From Paraspadella gotoi (taxonomy: Eukaryota; Animalia; Chaetognatha): a stretch of 39,193 nt of DNA. Each line of letters starts with the position of its first letter. Position 1 is the stretch's first letter. Under the pieces are notes generated by a model that worked only from the letters and a program-made list of their open reading frames with translations, had not been told where the DNA came from and ran no database searches. A program made the translations under genes and the position numbers. The stretch spans positions 1-39,193 of the forward strand of contig JBJCIZ010000244.1 of NCBI GenBank assembly GCA_051294375.1, in the 5' to 3' direction. Below, piece by piece: positions 11,881-25,849 of the stretch.

Positions 11881-13397
11881 ATGCTAAGCTAAGCTAGCCT
11901 AAGTATCATTTTACTTGCTCTTCAATGTGGTATAGTTGCTAAAGAGTTTATAATAATTGTTATCTGAATTGAGCCCTGACCTTTTATTTTGTAAAGCTCA
12001 AATACCTGAATTTAAAGTTTTATTAAGTGACTCCAATAATTATGTTTAAAACCTCTAATTGGTTGAATTTTATACCTTGAATTTGAATATCTGGTCTCTC
12101 ATAGGTTAATAATAACAAGTAGATGTTTTGGTTCGTATTCCTAAAATGTGAACTTTTCACATTTCTAGATAATAGATAGTAGATAAATAATATTATAAAT
12201 ATTTATTTTATTGCTCTGAAAAGTGTATGTGTACAATATTTACATACCCTTCCTGTTCAGCAACTTTTAAAACTTTGTGAACATATCCGGAAAATCCACA
12301 AACAAAAATAATTGAATAGGTAGTTGAAATTGATTCCAAGAGATATTTTTTAATATGATGTTGTGTTTGGGTTATTAAAAATGTATACTCCTTATTTTCA
12401 TAATTCAAATAAGATGCTAAGTTATGGCAACGAGTCATGGTTGAGTATATCGGTGATAAACCAATGTTTTCTGTTTCCTAAAAATAAAAATTATGTTTAA
12501 TTTAAATACAAGTTTAAGCAAACAACCTAGCATCTGCCCAGCCAGAAGATCATTCAGATGCAATGTCTGTCTGTCTGTCAGTCCGTCTGTCTGTATGTCT
12601 GTCCTATTAATTACCCAATACCCATGATAGGATGGATGGATTGAGAAGAGCAGAAGAAGCAGCAGGAAAAAAAATAGAAAAAGAAAGAGCCTCTGCAGAG
12701 CCAGCTGCAGAGAAAGAAATCAAAAGGCAGCAGCAGAAGCAGCAGGAGAAAAGAGAGAAAAATAATAAGCCCCTGCAGAGCCAGCTGCAGATTCGTTTTT
12801 TCCCCTATGAATCAGAGACATGTAATTAAAATAGAAAAGAGAGAGAGAAAGAAATATAAAAATAAAAGAGAGAAAATTTGTTTGTTTTGATAAAACGTAA
12901 ACAAAACATATTTAATAACTGTCCAGACTCAATTTTAAGCACATCGATGATGAGAAGCTGTATATAAATTTTCAGCTTCATATACCCAAATTTAATCATA
13001 TTTTATGGTGGACTAAAAATGGATTAAAAATGATTTTTAATCCATGTATACATAGGATTCAATAAGTAATTTTGAATAGTACCTCACATGAAAAAATAAA
13101 TACTGCTTTTTTCCATCCAAAATCATAATTTTTATGATTGTCCATGTTTGAATCTGTTGTCACCAGCATATTGGTAGCAATTTCTACAAGCTAATGTAAA
13201 AGATAAAATACTTGAATGTTATACATTACAGTTTTCTGTTCTTCGCTTAGCGCTATGTCAATATATTTTAAGTTGGATCTGCTTACAGCAGACCCAACTC
13301 TATAACTGCCTAAGTATGTCTGCCAGTACTTGGAAAAAATTACAACCACAACTAAAACTACTACAACAACAANNNNNNNNNNNNNNNNNNNNNNNNN

Positions 13398-14374
13398 ATT
13401 AGAAAATTTGCTAATCTGCTAATGCAGCCAGACGTCGTTCTTATAAATAACAGGAGAGAATATTTTTTCAATGAGATTAATATCAATTCAAATCTGACTC
13501 GACCAACATTGTAAACGCCCTGAGAAAAATTCAGAGTAAAAATAATGGGAAAACAACTTGATTACCAAGTACGTAGCTGTGTAGCAATTTGAATGGGGCT
13601 CGCATTTTTTTTCTCTTGTCAAAAACTATCATTTTGACATCAAAACCATCAGATTCAAATGGACAAGGTCACTCGGAGAAAGGAACGAATTTGTGACGAG
13701 ATTTTATATATAGAATAAAAGGATTGGTCTTCAACTTAAAGTATCAATTTAAACGGCATTTAAGGTAAGATTGTGATTACACATGAAAGACCTCAAAAGA
13801 TTCAGAATCCGAATAGCCCCATATGTTCGTAGAGGGGCTCTCAAATAAATGTATCTCTACATTTTATATTGGTATTTTAAATGAATGAATAACAATCATG
13901 CTAAAGTGAATGGTAGTCCATTAAATATAGGTGAAAGTTTTTAATTTAAAGTAAAAGTAAAAGGAGGAGCTAAAGATCGAGAGAGTTCGTAAAAGTTTTA
14001 ACCTGGAGTCAGATTCGGGAAAAAATCTTCTATGGCAAAATCTTCAAAAATAAGGAGGATTGGATTTTTCAAAAAGATTTGTGTAATATTTTCTCTATAT
14101 GTTATGGTCGGATTTTTTTTAACTTATGAGCATTGAGCAATAATTGCCATCAATTTTACATTGGCGTATAAAAGAATATATTTAAGAAAACTCTGGCTTT
14201 TTTCGTCAGAGTTATCCTAGATAATAAGTCGTTTTAATAGGTCTTACATTATTTTGTTTTGAAAAAAGTTGTTTTTTTCTAAGAGTAAGTGATTATATTC
14301 AATATATTTTCAGAGTAAGTGGATTAATATAATTAATTTTTATTTATTAGTTTATTCTAAAAATAACTGTGTTA
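13398..14374. repeat. Segment present in inverted orientation at 24780-25730
   Basis: The reverse complement of 13398-13448 matches 25682-25730, and that of 14355-14374 matches 24780-24799; begins immediately after a 25-N gap. Confidence 0.9.
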
Positions 14375-15166
14375 GTTGGATCTACGAAAAAATGGAAGGA
14401 AGCAACTGAAAGGAGATTTAGTGTAGAATCTGAAACATCCTGATTCTTTAAAAATCGAGCAAGTTTTCGAGTAGATATCCTCAATTAAAAATGTTTCTAA
14501 CTTTTTTCCTAGATAGTATATAACTGCCTAAGTATGTATTTTTTGGTAAACCATCTCAGATCTACTGATGACAAAAATTTGCAAAAAAGGATCGTCCTTC
14601 CAGTGTCATCTCTTCCTTCCACAGTTTACTTAGAAAAAATTACAACCACAACTAAAACTACTACAACAACAATGCTCAAAGAAAGTTTCATCTGAAGCTG
14701 TTTTATTGTTATTAACTTGTTGAAAAATAAAATCATTCTTATCTAAAATTGTTGGGTCCACTCCACTATGGTGGTTTTTAATAAAATTACTTGGAGTTAA
14801 GATATTAAGGAACGAGGCTTCAAGGGTAAGATGGAATCACATAGGCTATTACTATGGTCTTGGTTAAAGCTGTGATTAATTTAAAACATTAATTGATGTT
14901 ATGTAAAAAATTAAATAATTTCAAATATATATTTTTAATATTATAAGAAAATATAAATATATTTTCAATATTTTAATTTGAATACTTGTCTTAATATTTT
15001 ATACTCATGATGAATATCTCTGTAAATGTTCGTCCTTCATAATATCCATAAGTGCATATTTGGGTTGCATTCTCCACTTGGAAGAATTGTAACGTCCGAA
15101 TTGGAGCTTTATACTACAAAAATAAATCCTAAAATAGTATCACAATTATTTTTAAATTAATCTGTC

Positions 15167-15752
15167 TGAAGAGATAGTAATTATTTGTTATGTTAATGAC
15201 AGAACGTTCAATATACAGTCCCTGAAGCTTCGGATCAGGCTGTAACACCGTGTTACAGGCGGGTTAAGCGCCCCGCCCTCTTAACTGCTAGGCGGCACCG
15301 GGCTAGAACCCCAGACCTTTGGTTGGGAGGCGAATGACTTGCCTCCGGCACCAATGGCCTGATGAACGGTTGGTGGATTTTAGTCCACCATACATCCCCC
15401 TCCCGTAGGGAGAAGTCTGTTGCGTCTCTTCAGTGAATTGTTGTTGTTGGTAGAAAGTTCATCGCCAGTTTGAGGCATGTCCCCTGAAGTGTTGTTGTTG
15501 CTGTTGTGTTCGGAAGTTGGGCTCACCAATAAAGAGACAGTAATTATTGTTATATGTTAATGACAGAACCGTTCAATATTAAAGCAGTCCCTGAGCTTCG
15601 GATCAGGCTGTAACACCGTGTTACAGGCGGGTTAAGCGCCCCGTCCATCTTAACTGCTAGCGGCCACCGGGCTCGTACCACCTGACCTGTTGGGTTGGAG
15701 GCGAATGACCTTGCCTCCGGCCACCAATGGCCACTGAATGAACGGTTGGTGG
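15167..15752 (-). mobile_element. tRNA-containing TRIM, two-LTR copy (outer end of the 5' LTR truncated)
   Basis: LTRs at 15530-15752 and 15167-15392; PBS (plus strand gttgggctcacca, ending 15528); PPT (plus strand tccccctccc, 15395-15404); ~137-bp internal region homologous to 26549-26734. Confidence 0.88.
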
Positions 15753-16084
15753 TCTATCTCGATTAGAAGTGGAAAGGTTGTAAATCAAGAAACGTTTGAA
15801 ACGATGAAAAAAAATTGTAAGAATGAAAAACTGAAGTATAATTTATCCAAAACTATAAAAAAAAATTAAAGTTTTACTCCACATATGTAGATTTACATAT
15901 ACTAGCGCATAACCGAATTATTTAACTGACATTTACCAATATCTATTTTCAGTTTAAATTTTTTTTGTTTTCACGGTTTTTCATTTAAGCTACTCCAATA
16001 TAATTATTCGATTAATCATAAAACAAGTTTGAGGCAAAACAATGATTAAATCACGATAATTCTTTTCAATCTTGTGATCCAGTT

Positions 16085-16530
16085 GCATTTACATTTACAC
16101 TCAGACGATTCCATCGCAGAATTTGAATTCCAGCTCAATCACACACAAAAATGTCCAAGTAAATCGCCCCATCCACATTAATTTGATTAATTAAGTACAT
16201 CTTGCATTTACATTTCATATAAAAAGAAAAGAAGCATAATCAATTAGTCGAAACATTTAAACTCATTTCCACTCAGACGATTGCATCGAAACTTGATTTC
16301 ATTTAATCACACACCTTTCCAACCCACTTACAAAATTTCAAGTCAAACGCACCAAGCAATCATGAGTAATTTGCCGTTCAGAGCTAGCTAAGGGGGACGG
16401 ACGGACGGACAGACAGACAGCATAATAAATTTTTTGTATGTTCTGACATGATTGAAGTGACATACCGACAAGATTGGTAGGCGCGGACCGACGGATCGAC
16501 AAAGTGAATTTAGAGCCGGAATCTGCTGTA
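16085..16530 (-). mobile_element. HINE/DINE-1-like (Helentron-associated) repeat
   Basis: Two subrepeats (cactcagacgatt.catcg...aatcacacac), a (GGAC/AGAC)n microsatellite and a degenerate terminal hairpin; homologous to 27950-28509. Confidence 0.65.
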
Positions 16531-16834
16531 ATAAGCTAATAATCTCTTATAATATCAAGTTACTAACACGATATGGTTTTGAGAGTTTATGAGTCCATTT
16601 TTTTCCCAATTAGCAGCATAAAAAATTAATCCATGTCATACCAACATAATTGTATAAAAGATTGGTTTCTTTCAAGATTAACTTCGCTTGGGATACATTG
16701 TTAAAAACTAGGACTATTAAAGGGAATTGAAAAAATGATAACAAAGAACGTAATTCAAATGTGTTGCGCACCGTGATGCCTTATCATGTGTATTTATCAT
16801 GACATGATGTGACATGATGTGACATGACTACAAA

Positions 16835-17773
16835 GCGTAGTAAAAATTCTAATTTAACTTTAATTAATATTCTAAAAAGTCAGGAACAAACAACATTATA
16901 CTAATAAACATTTATGTATAAAAAAAATTTATAATAAATTTTACAATTATGCAGGTGGCCATAGTACTATATCCATAAATGTTAAATTCTTTCATTAAGT
17001 TGATCAAATATAAAAAACTTGTATTTTAAGCTGAAATTAAAATTGTATATATAAATATAGATTGTTAAGTGTCATCTCATGCACCGAATAGTTTGATATA
17101 GAAAAACATCGGATTTGGGAAACAGTGCTAATTTTATTTAGACCATGCATTCAAACCATTTAGCTGGTTCATTATTCAAGGCCAGAGAAATTGTGGTGAG
17201 GTAAAAAAAAAAAATTTACAAATAAGAGAAGGTGAGAGGAAGAGGAGGAGACTCGGAGAGAGAGAAAAAGAGAGAGAGAGAGAGAGAGAGAGAAAGGGAT
17301 TATCCTTTTTAGTGAAAACACAACTCACTCAATCTGCCTCACCTCAACCTGTCCTCACATCTTACCACTATTCTGTCTCACTACTTTGTTGGAAAAACTT
17401 TACCCTCTCTCTCTCTCTCTCACACTCTTCTTTTGCACAAAATCTATTATTGAATGTCATATGCTGATGAAGGCTTGAACTAAGCAAGCGAACATTCAAC
17501 TATTAATAATAATCGTTGTTCAAAATTCAAAATTCTTTGCTCTCTCTAATACTATAAACACGAAAAAGAAAGGATTATCGCATCATGTCACAAAAGTGAT
17601 TTATATTTTTCTTTTATCAACTTTTGACAAAGAACTCAATATATATTCTTTATATAATTATAGCCTACTGCAAAAATTAAAGAATATCAAATTAATTTTT
17701 TTTACAAATAATGTACACTGATGTTATGATGTTCATAATTGACATTTAGAATTTTTGTATGTAACTTTCACTA
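16835..17773. mobile_element. Opposite-orientation copy of the foldback MITE, interrupted by a ~0.5-kb insert
   Basis: 16835-17060 matches the reverse complement of the right part of 9835-10455 and 17600-17773 matches the left part; the insert carries GA/CT microsatellites and a hammerhead remnant. Confidence 0.65.
17450..17575 (+). ncRNA. Degenerate hammerhead ribozyme remnant, Penelope pseudo-LTR-like
   Basis: CTGATGA (17464-17470), stem II gcttg/caagc, GAA, flanking helix ttgaatg/cattcaa; downstream ttcaacta...ctctaat...acgaaaaagaaaggat is shared with 30644-30725. The stem III/cleavage segment is deleted. Confidence 0.5.
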
Positions 17774-17914
17774 GCTCTAATGACTACAATAACTTTCTTT
17801 GCCCGTGTATTTCTGACATGCACTGCATCAGAATTTTGTTTTTTATTCTTTATAGTTTTAGGATTTCCTGAAGGCGGCGCTAGCAGTACCTTAGATTTGA
17901 TATTTTCTATAATT

Positions 17915-18365
17915 TACTTTGTCGTCCATCGGTCCGCCCCAATCTTGTCGGGCATCACTTATATCATGTCAAAACATCGAATTTATGATAAGTTATGCAA
18001 AAAAGAAGTATGTCCGTCCGTTCCGTCTGTATGTCCGTCTATCTGTCTGTCCGTCCATCCCACCTTTAGTAAAAAACACAAATTACTCGTGATTTGATGA
18101 ATGGATTGGAATGAAATTTTGTTTGTGTGGGTAGGAAAGTGTGTGATTGAGCTGGAAATCAAGTTTCGATGGAATCGTCCAAGTGGAAATGAGTTAAAAT
18201 GGAAAAAAAAATTACTATTTCAACGCCAATTACTCATGAGTGAATGGGGCGATTGATTTCAAATTTTGTATGTGGGTAGGAAAATGTGTGATTGAGCAGG
18301 AAATAAAGTTTTGATGAATTCGTCCAAGGGAAATGAGTTAAATGGAAAAGACAAATCTATTTCAA
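17915..18365 (+). mobile_element. HINE/DINE-1-like repeat
   Basis: tcggtccgcccc..aatcttgtcgggc core, (GTCY)n microsatellite at ~18012-18056, then two ~140-bp subrepeats. Confidence 0.7.
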
Positions 18366-18680
18366 CTATTTGATTATAATTTTTTTAAATTTTTATATTT
18401 AATGTAAATTCAAGCTACATTAATAATATTTTAATGATAAGTGATTAATCAATTATCAATTATTTGTAATTAATTATTTAATTAGTTAATTTTGTGATCG
18501 AGATTGTTGTTTTGTGATTGAGAAACGAGGCAAAGTGGAAACGATGTTTGACACGAATAAAAAAAAATTATATTAATTAATTATTTTCTGATCAGCTGCT
18601 TATGATCGTGGGAAGATCCGGCATTGTTGGCTCAAACGTGTTTCCTGTCTGACAAATGAGCAACCAACTATATGCAGGTT

Positions 18681-20833
18681 ATGAAGAAAAGAATCAGGGT
18701 TTCCAAATGATATCTTAGGACTGCGAATTCAGGTCGAGGAATCCAATCTGACCTTGAACCCAATCAAGACCAACAACCGGACCTGACAGTCCTAACGAAG
18801 GAGAATCTCCAAACTACGGATCGGATTCAGGGGATCTTTCAGCTCTGCACCTCCGTCTCGGGTATTTAGTTTACAATCTCTTGAGGATAGTGAGATCTCA
18901 TGGAGTGAGGGAAATTCATCTTACGTTTCTATAAATGACGAACAGTGGACATCCCAAGATCGGAAATTTGAACGTACAAAGAGCAAGAAACGAACAACGG
19001 AAGATTCATTAACCTCAACGCCTCTAATGCGGAACCCGCTGATCCAATACGGAAATCAGATCGTCTCTCGAGGAGGACAGTTTCGAGTCCAGCGGACTGC
19101 ACAGCAACAGGAAACAATCTCCAAACAATAGATGCAACTGCAAGAATTATTCAGGGACGAGCCCAGAAGATCAACAGACAACGAGAGGTTACAGGGAGAA
19201 CCCAAGATGGATCGTCTCAATGATCAAGGATCACTTGTCCTTCAGGTGAATACGAATGGCAATCCAGGAAGACTTCCGGAGCTGATAAATTTTAATTTAT
19301 TCCACTGGAGCAGTTACCGTTGGTTTATTAAACGATACAAGATGTACGGTTCTGATGTAAACATTTTAAAGGATTTAAGTTATTAATTAGAGATCCAATG
19401 ACTAAGAGCGGGAGGAGTTGTAACCTTAGTACCAGAAAAGTGGAAATTCTTTCAAGTTGATTTAAACTGCATGAAGATATTAGAGTATATATGCTTAGTT
19501 ATGATAGAGGGACTCCAAATTTAAAATACTAAATGTATATCTAAGATCGAATTGGAATTTAAAGAAGAAATTTTTAAGAAGTTTCACAAATACGAAAGTA
19601 ATGGAAGGAAATACAGGATTTATCATTGGGGATTAAATGTCCAATGAGGAATGGGGCTCTAGATTTACGAATAGGAATGGAAAGAAACTAGCTGAGACTC
19701 TAGCGGCACTTGATTCGAAATAGGAATGACATAAGGCACATACTTATGCGGGATTTGACGGATCTGAAAATACCTGGATTTTATGTATGGGGACAGCGAA
19801 TCGTTAGGCTTAATCGAAAGGTGGTCTGCGAGAAAAACATAGGAAGTGATCACTTAGTGATGGAGAATTAATCTTGGCTTACACTGGGTAATAAGAGAGA
19901 TAAAGGAAAGAGAGTAAACTGGTCAATATTTCGGGAAAATCTCGATCTGCTATGCAATGATGAGGAAAAAAGGTTAAATCGCACTGAGGAGATAGATGAA
20001 GAATTGGAAGTATGGTACAAACGTGTTTATGAAGCGTTTGAAAAGTCAACAGAAGAATTTGAAGTTAAATTTTAAAGGGAAAATTCGTTTAAGTAGACAG
20101 AGCAGAGAGCTAATAAACACAAGGAGATTTTACAGAAATTAAAATTTAAATATCGTAATTTAAATACTGATGTAATATTAAACCTCTATTCTACGTTGTG
20201 ATGTCGATGCTAGAATATAGTTGTCCTGTTATTGTATCAGGTCCAAGCTCTTTGGAAAAAACTTGAAATTATTGAATATCGTTTTTTGAAAAGTATTCTT
20301 TGTATCCCTAGAGCGAGTGCTAATGAATTAGCCCTAGACTTAGTCGGTCTAGAACCATTACGATTAGAATTAGAAAAAGGGCAAAAATACAAAGGGCAAT
20401 TATGTATAATACGCCCCTATTACCAAAGTATATTGGTGATATGAATAACTATCGTAGTAACAATAGATGACTTGTCCAATCGAGTATTTAGCTGAGACAA
20501 TTTAAAAGTTTGTTTTTAGAAACATTTTTGTAAGATTTAAACACATTATGGTATTATATATATAGAGGTTACCATTTATCTTCGAATTCACAAGGGAAAA
20601 GATTGATGTATTATTGGATGATAAGTAAAAGCTAATTCTGTTTCTTACGCATGACATATTGAATTAATACCCTTTCTGAAATTTGCCTTCTATTGACAGT
20701 TGGAGAAGTTGAATCTGTACTATTCTTTTTGTACTGTATCATTTGTATTGATGTGATTTTTGTATTACTGCGACCCATGGCCCTCCGGCCCGTCCAATGA
20801 ATAAACTATTAAACCTATTAAACCTAAACTTAT
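18681..20833 (+). pseudogene. 5'-truncated, internally deleted copy of the LINE
   Basis: Matches 5623-7113 joined to 8560-9283 through the AAATT microhomology at 20136-20140; RT core absent. Confidence 0.92.
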
Positions 20834-21135
20834 AGAATTTTTAACGTAAGTGGGACAGACCGATGGACAGACATACCGACCAACGACCGACCGAGCGACC
20901 GGACAAACCGTCTGAAAGTGACTTATAAATTGCTCTGTGATTACTCGCGGCCCAACTAAAAATGAAAAAAGGAATATAATTAAAGATTTGTTCATATCAA
21001 AATTTAAAAAAAAATAAAATAAATATTGAGATAAGACAGTTTTGAGGGATTTACAAGCTTTTAATTTTTGCCGATATTTCGATTTAAATTGATAAATCAT
21101 TTTCAAGGCAGTCCAAATGTAAAAAATAAAAGATA

Positions 21136-21356
21136 TAAAGAGACAGTAATGGTTGTGAATTAGTGACAGAACGGTTCAATATAAGCAATCCCTGATCAGG
21201 TTGTATCACCCGTGTTACAGGCGTGTTAAGCGCCCTGTCTATCTTAATTGCTAGCGACCACCAGGCTAGAACCCCGGACCATTTGGATTGGGAGGGGAAC
21301 GACTTGCTCCAGCACCGATGTCACAGATGAACGGATGGGGGATTTTTGTCACCATA
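21136..21356 (-). mobile_element. Solo LTR of the TRIM (duplicate of 9604-9826)
   Basis: Lies inside the duplicated block and aligns to the LTR consensus. Confidence 0.85.
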
Positions 21357-21364
21357 TATATTAA

Positions 21365-21954
21365 GGCGTAGTGAAAGTTACGTACGAAAATTCTAAATGT
21401 CATTATGAACAACATACCATCAGTGAACATTAATTTGTAAAAAAAATTAATTTTATGTTTTTAATTTTCGCAGTAGCTATTTATATATAGTACTATCCTT
21501 ATAAAATCGAAAATTTCAAAATAGCCTTTCTTAATTTTGATTGCAGATTTGAATTCCTCGTCAAAAGTTGAATAAAAGAAAATATAAATTATTTTTAAAA
21601 ATTCTTTCATTAAGTGAGTTAAAAATTATAAAAACTATATTTAATATATAAAAGTTAATTTTCAGCTTAAAATATAGTTTTTTTCTAATTTTTGACCCAC
21701 TTTAATGAAGAAATTTTTTAAAAAGAGTTATATTTCTTTTTATCAACTTTAATGACAAATCCAAATTGCAAAAAAAATCTTAGAAAAAACTGTTTGAAAT
21801 TTAACATTTATTGATTATACTAGTATAAATATGGCCTACTGTGTAAATTGTAAAATTTATTATAATTTTTTTTATACATAAATGTTCATTAGTATAATGT
21901 TGTTCGTTCCTCACTTTTAGAATTTAATTAAGTTAATTAGAATTTTACTACGCC
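21365..21954. mobile_element. Foldback MITE with TTAA flanks (duplicate of 9835-10455)
   Basis: ttaa|ggcgtagtgaaa ... ttttactacgcc|ttaa. Confidence 0.7.
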
Positions 21955-24900
21955 TTAATATATATATAATATAAGTCAAAGGGAATCAGAAAGGGGGAGA
22001 GGGAGGGAGTGAGGAGAGAGAGAGTAAGAGAGAGAGATAGAGGGTAAAATTCTAAAGAAATTATGGGGACAAACACAGGACAAAGAAGAATAAAAGGCTA
22101 AGCCCTGGTCCTCCTCCACCATGAATCTTAAAGTGGTGTTTTTCATATTTTGTAGGAGCGTTCTATGCTTGCCATAGCGGGTTCTATGCTTGCCATAGCG
22201 GGTTCTATGCTTGCCATAGTTGCCGTCTCCTCGTAAAATCTGCACTTGTAAATCAAGATAGAGCTCACCTTACCGCCAAAACCTCTCTCTCCCCGGGCTT
22301 TCTTCCCCCTCTCAAGCCTCCTCTCCCCCTCGTCGTCCCCTCCTCTTCATCCCGGAGTCACGGATAGAGTCTGGAGATCGGACTCTCTCTCTCTCTCAAC
22401 TTCTCCTCTCGTCTCGGGTCTGCAAACCTTCTCTCCCTTCTCTCCCTTTTATGTACCCTTCTTCCCTTTGTTATAGTTACTTACCTATTACCAATATATT
22501 CCTTACCCTACTTACCTCTTTTCCTGATGAGAGACTAGTTAGGACCTACCTTTAGCTAGATACCCATCTTCCAGTAAATCCCACAAAAACTGTCTAATCT
22601 CAATTACTCACTGTACATAAGATGTCTCTTCAAAATTAAACAAATATATTTTCTGGATGATTTTTTTTAACCTGATTTTTATTTTTTCGCTCATTTTCCC
22701 ATACTCCATTTTGCGTGTGCCGTAACGCGCTTGCAAACACATCAATAAAAACGTACTCACCCTTATCCATTAAACTATAAAAAAAATCCAAAAGACTTGT
22801 TAATTTTCACAAGATATTATTTATATTATTTATTTTTATTAAGTCGCAATCCATTCTATCAAATAGTATCAATGGGAATTACGACAATGCCCCTGAGGTT
22901 TTTATTTTAACAAAACATCAGGATGTTACTTCCAAAGCCATATGATACTTGAAGCGCCAAGGTGACGTCTGAAATCTAAGAAGAAGTTGTCTCCAACTTT
23001 TTTTATTCTAAAAAATATACACTGGGCGAAAAAAAAATCATACTTTTATAACGACGAGAAAACCATATTGGATGGACTAATTAAAAAAGATAGAAATATA
23101 GAATAAACTTATAAAAGCCAAGTCCCATCAAAGTCAGGGAGGGAGTTAAAAATTGTGGGACGCTATGAGATATGTCATCTTCAAAACCCGCCCGCGGGTG
23201 GCTCTAGGGGCGGCCACAGGGGAAGACTATTCCAGGGAGCAGCAAAATGGTTATGAGGGGCGCCCCCTCTTGATTGCCTCAAGGGGCCGCCAAGCGGCAA
23301 ACATTTTGCATCTATTAGGGGCGCCCATAATGCTAAGCTAAGCTAGCCTAAGTATCATTTTACTTGCTCTCAATGTGTATAGTTGCTAAAGAGTTTATAA
23401 TAATTGTTATCTGAATTGAGCCCTGACCTTTATTTGTAAGCTCAATACCTGAATTTAAAGTTTTATTAAGTGACTCCAATAATTATGTTAAAACCTCTAA
23501 TTGGTTGAATTTTATACCTTGAATTTGAATATCTGGTCTCTCATAGGTTAATAATAACAAGTAGATGTTTTGGTTCGTATTCCTAAAATGTGACTTTTCA
23601 CATTTCTAGATATAGATAGTAGATAAATAATATTATAAATATTTATTTTATTGCTCTGAAAGTGTATGTGTACAATATTTACATACCCTTCTGTTAGCAA
23701 CTTTTAAAACTTTGTGAACATATCCGGAAAATCCACAAACAAAAATAATTGAATAGGTAGTTGAAATTGATTCCAAGAGATATTTTTAATATGATGTTGT
23801 GTTTGGGTTATTAAAAATGTATACTCCTTATTTCATAATTCAATAAGATGCTAATTATGGCAACGAGTCATGGTTGAGTATTCGGTGATAAACAATGTTT
23901 TCTGTTTCCTAAAAATAAAAATTATGTTTAATTTAAATACAAGTTAAGCAAACACCTAGCATCTGCCACCAGAAGATCATTCAGATGCAATGTCTGTCTG
24001 TCTGTCAGTCCGTCTGTCTGTATGTCTGTCCTATATTAACCAATACCCATGATAGGATGGATGGATTGAGAAGAGCAGAAGAAGCAGCAGAAAAAAGAAT
24101 AGAAAAGAAAGAGCCTCTGCAGAGCCAGCTGCAGAAAAGAAATCAAAGGCAGCAGCAGAAGCAGCAGGAGAAAGAGAGAAAAATAATAAGCCCTGCAGAG
24201 CCAGCTGCAATTCGTTTTTCCCCTATGAATCAGAGACATGTAATTAAAATAGAAAAGAGAGAGAGAAAGAAATATAAAATAAAGAGAGAAAATTTGTTGT
24301 TTTGATAAACGTAAACAAACATATTTAATAACTGTCCAGACTCAATTTAAGCACATCGATGATGAGAAGCTGTATATAAATTTTCAGCTTCATATACCCA
24401 AATTTAATCATATTTTATGTGGACTAAAAATGGATTAAAAAATGATTTTTAATCCATGTATACATAGGATCAATAGTAATTTTGAATAGTACCTCACATG
24501 AAAAATAAATACTGCTTTTTTCCATCCAAATATTGCATAATTTTTATGATTGTCCATGTTTGAATCTGTTGTCACCAGCATATTGGTAGCAATTTCTACA
24601 AGCTATGTAAAAGATAAAATACTTGAATGTTATCATTACAGTTTTCTGTTCTTCGCTTAGCGCTATGTCAATATATTTTAAGTTGGATCTGCTTACAGCA
24701 GACCCAACTCTATAACTGCCTAAGTATGTCTGCCAGTACTTGGAAAATTACAACCACAACTAAACTACTACAACAACAATAACACAGTTATTTTTAGAAT
24801 AAACTAATAAAATAAAAATTAATTAATTAATCACTTACTCTGAAATATATTAATATAATCACTTACTCTTAGAAAAAAACAACTTTTTCAAACAAAATAA

Positions 24901-25849
24901 TGTAAACCTANNNNNNNNNNNNNNNNNNNNNNNNNAAGACCTATTAAAACGACTTATTATCTAGGACTAACTCTGGTATTAATAAAAAATAAAAAAAATA
25001 AAAAAATAAAAAACTCTGATGAAAAAAGCCAGAGGTTTTGTAAATATATTTTTATACCGGCCAATGTAAAATGATGGCAATATTGCAATTGTTAAGTTTC
25101 AAAAAAATCAGACCATAAATATAGAAAATATTAACCAAAATCTCTGGAAAATCCGCCCCTTATTTGGAAGATTTTGCCATTGAAGATTTTTTTCCGAATC
25201 TGACTCCAGGGTAAAAACTCTTCGAATTCCGATCTTTTACTTTAAATAAAAATTTCACCAAAATGGACTAATTCACTTTAGCATGATTGTATCATATTAA
25301 AATAACCAAATAAAATGTAGAGAACAATTTTGAGAGCCCTTCAGACATATGGCTATCGGATTCCTGAATTTGAGGCTTATTGTAAAATCACAACTTACCT
25401 TAAATGCGTTTAAATTGTATTTAAGTTGAGAAATCCTTTTATTTTATATAAAAATCTCGTCAAAATTGTTTTCCCGAGTGGACCAGTCCATTTGAATCTG
25501 ATGGTTTGATGTCAAAATGATAGTTATTTGACAAGAGAAAAAAAATGCGAGCCCTTCAAATGCAACAGGATTGGAATCAAGTGTTTTTACATTTATTTTT
25601 TACCTGAATTTTTCTCAGGGGCGTTTACAATGTTTGGTAGTCAGATTTGAATGAAAATCTCCATTGAAAAAATATTCCTTGATTTATAAGAACGACGTCG
25701 GCTGATTAGCAGATTAGCAAATTTTCTAATGCATCGTAGTCAGACACAAATTGCTTTAAAGTTAAATAGAGTTAAACTAACCAATTTTTTCACTCGGTCT
25801 TGCTTCCTTCAAAAATGTTGTATACTGTTCCGCTAATTGGGCGTTGGAC

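Larger units (their letters stand above)
18681..24779 (+). repeat. Direct duplicate of 5623-13372 with an internal 1446-bp deletion
   Basis: Collinear from atgaagaaaagaatcaggg to ctacaacaacaa; differences are mostly 1-bp indels. Confidence 0.95.

Noticed and set aside
12632-12829. E/K/Q-rich ORF with two ctgcagagccagctgcag repeats
   Set aside because: Low-complexity purine-rich sequence; the frame is not preserved in the duplicate at ~24050.
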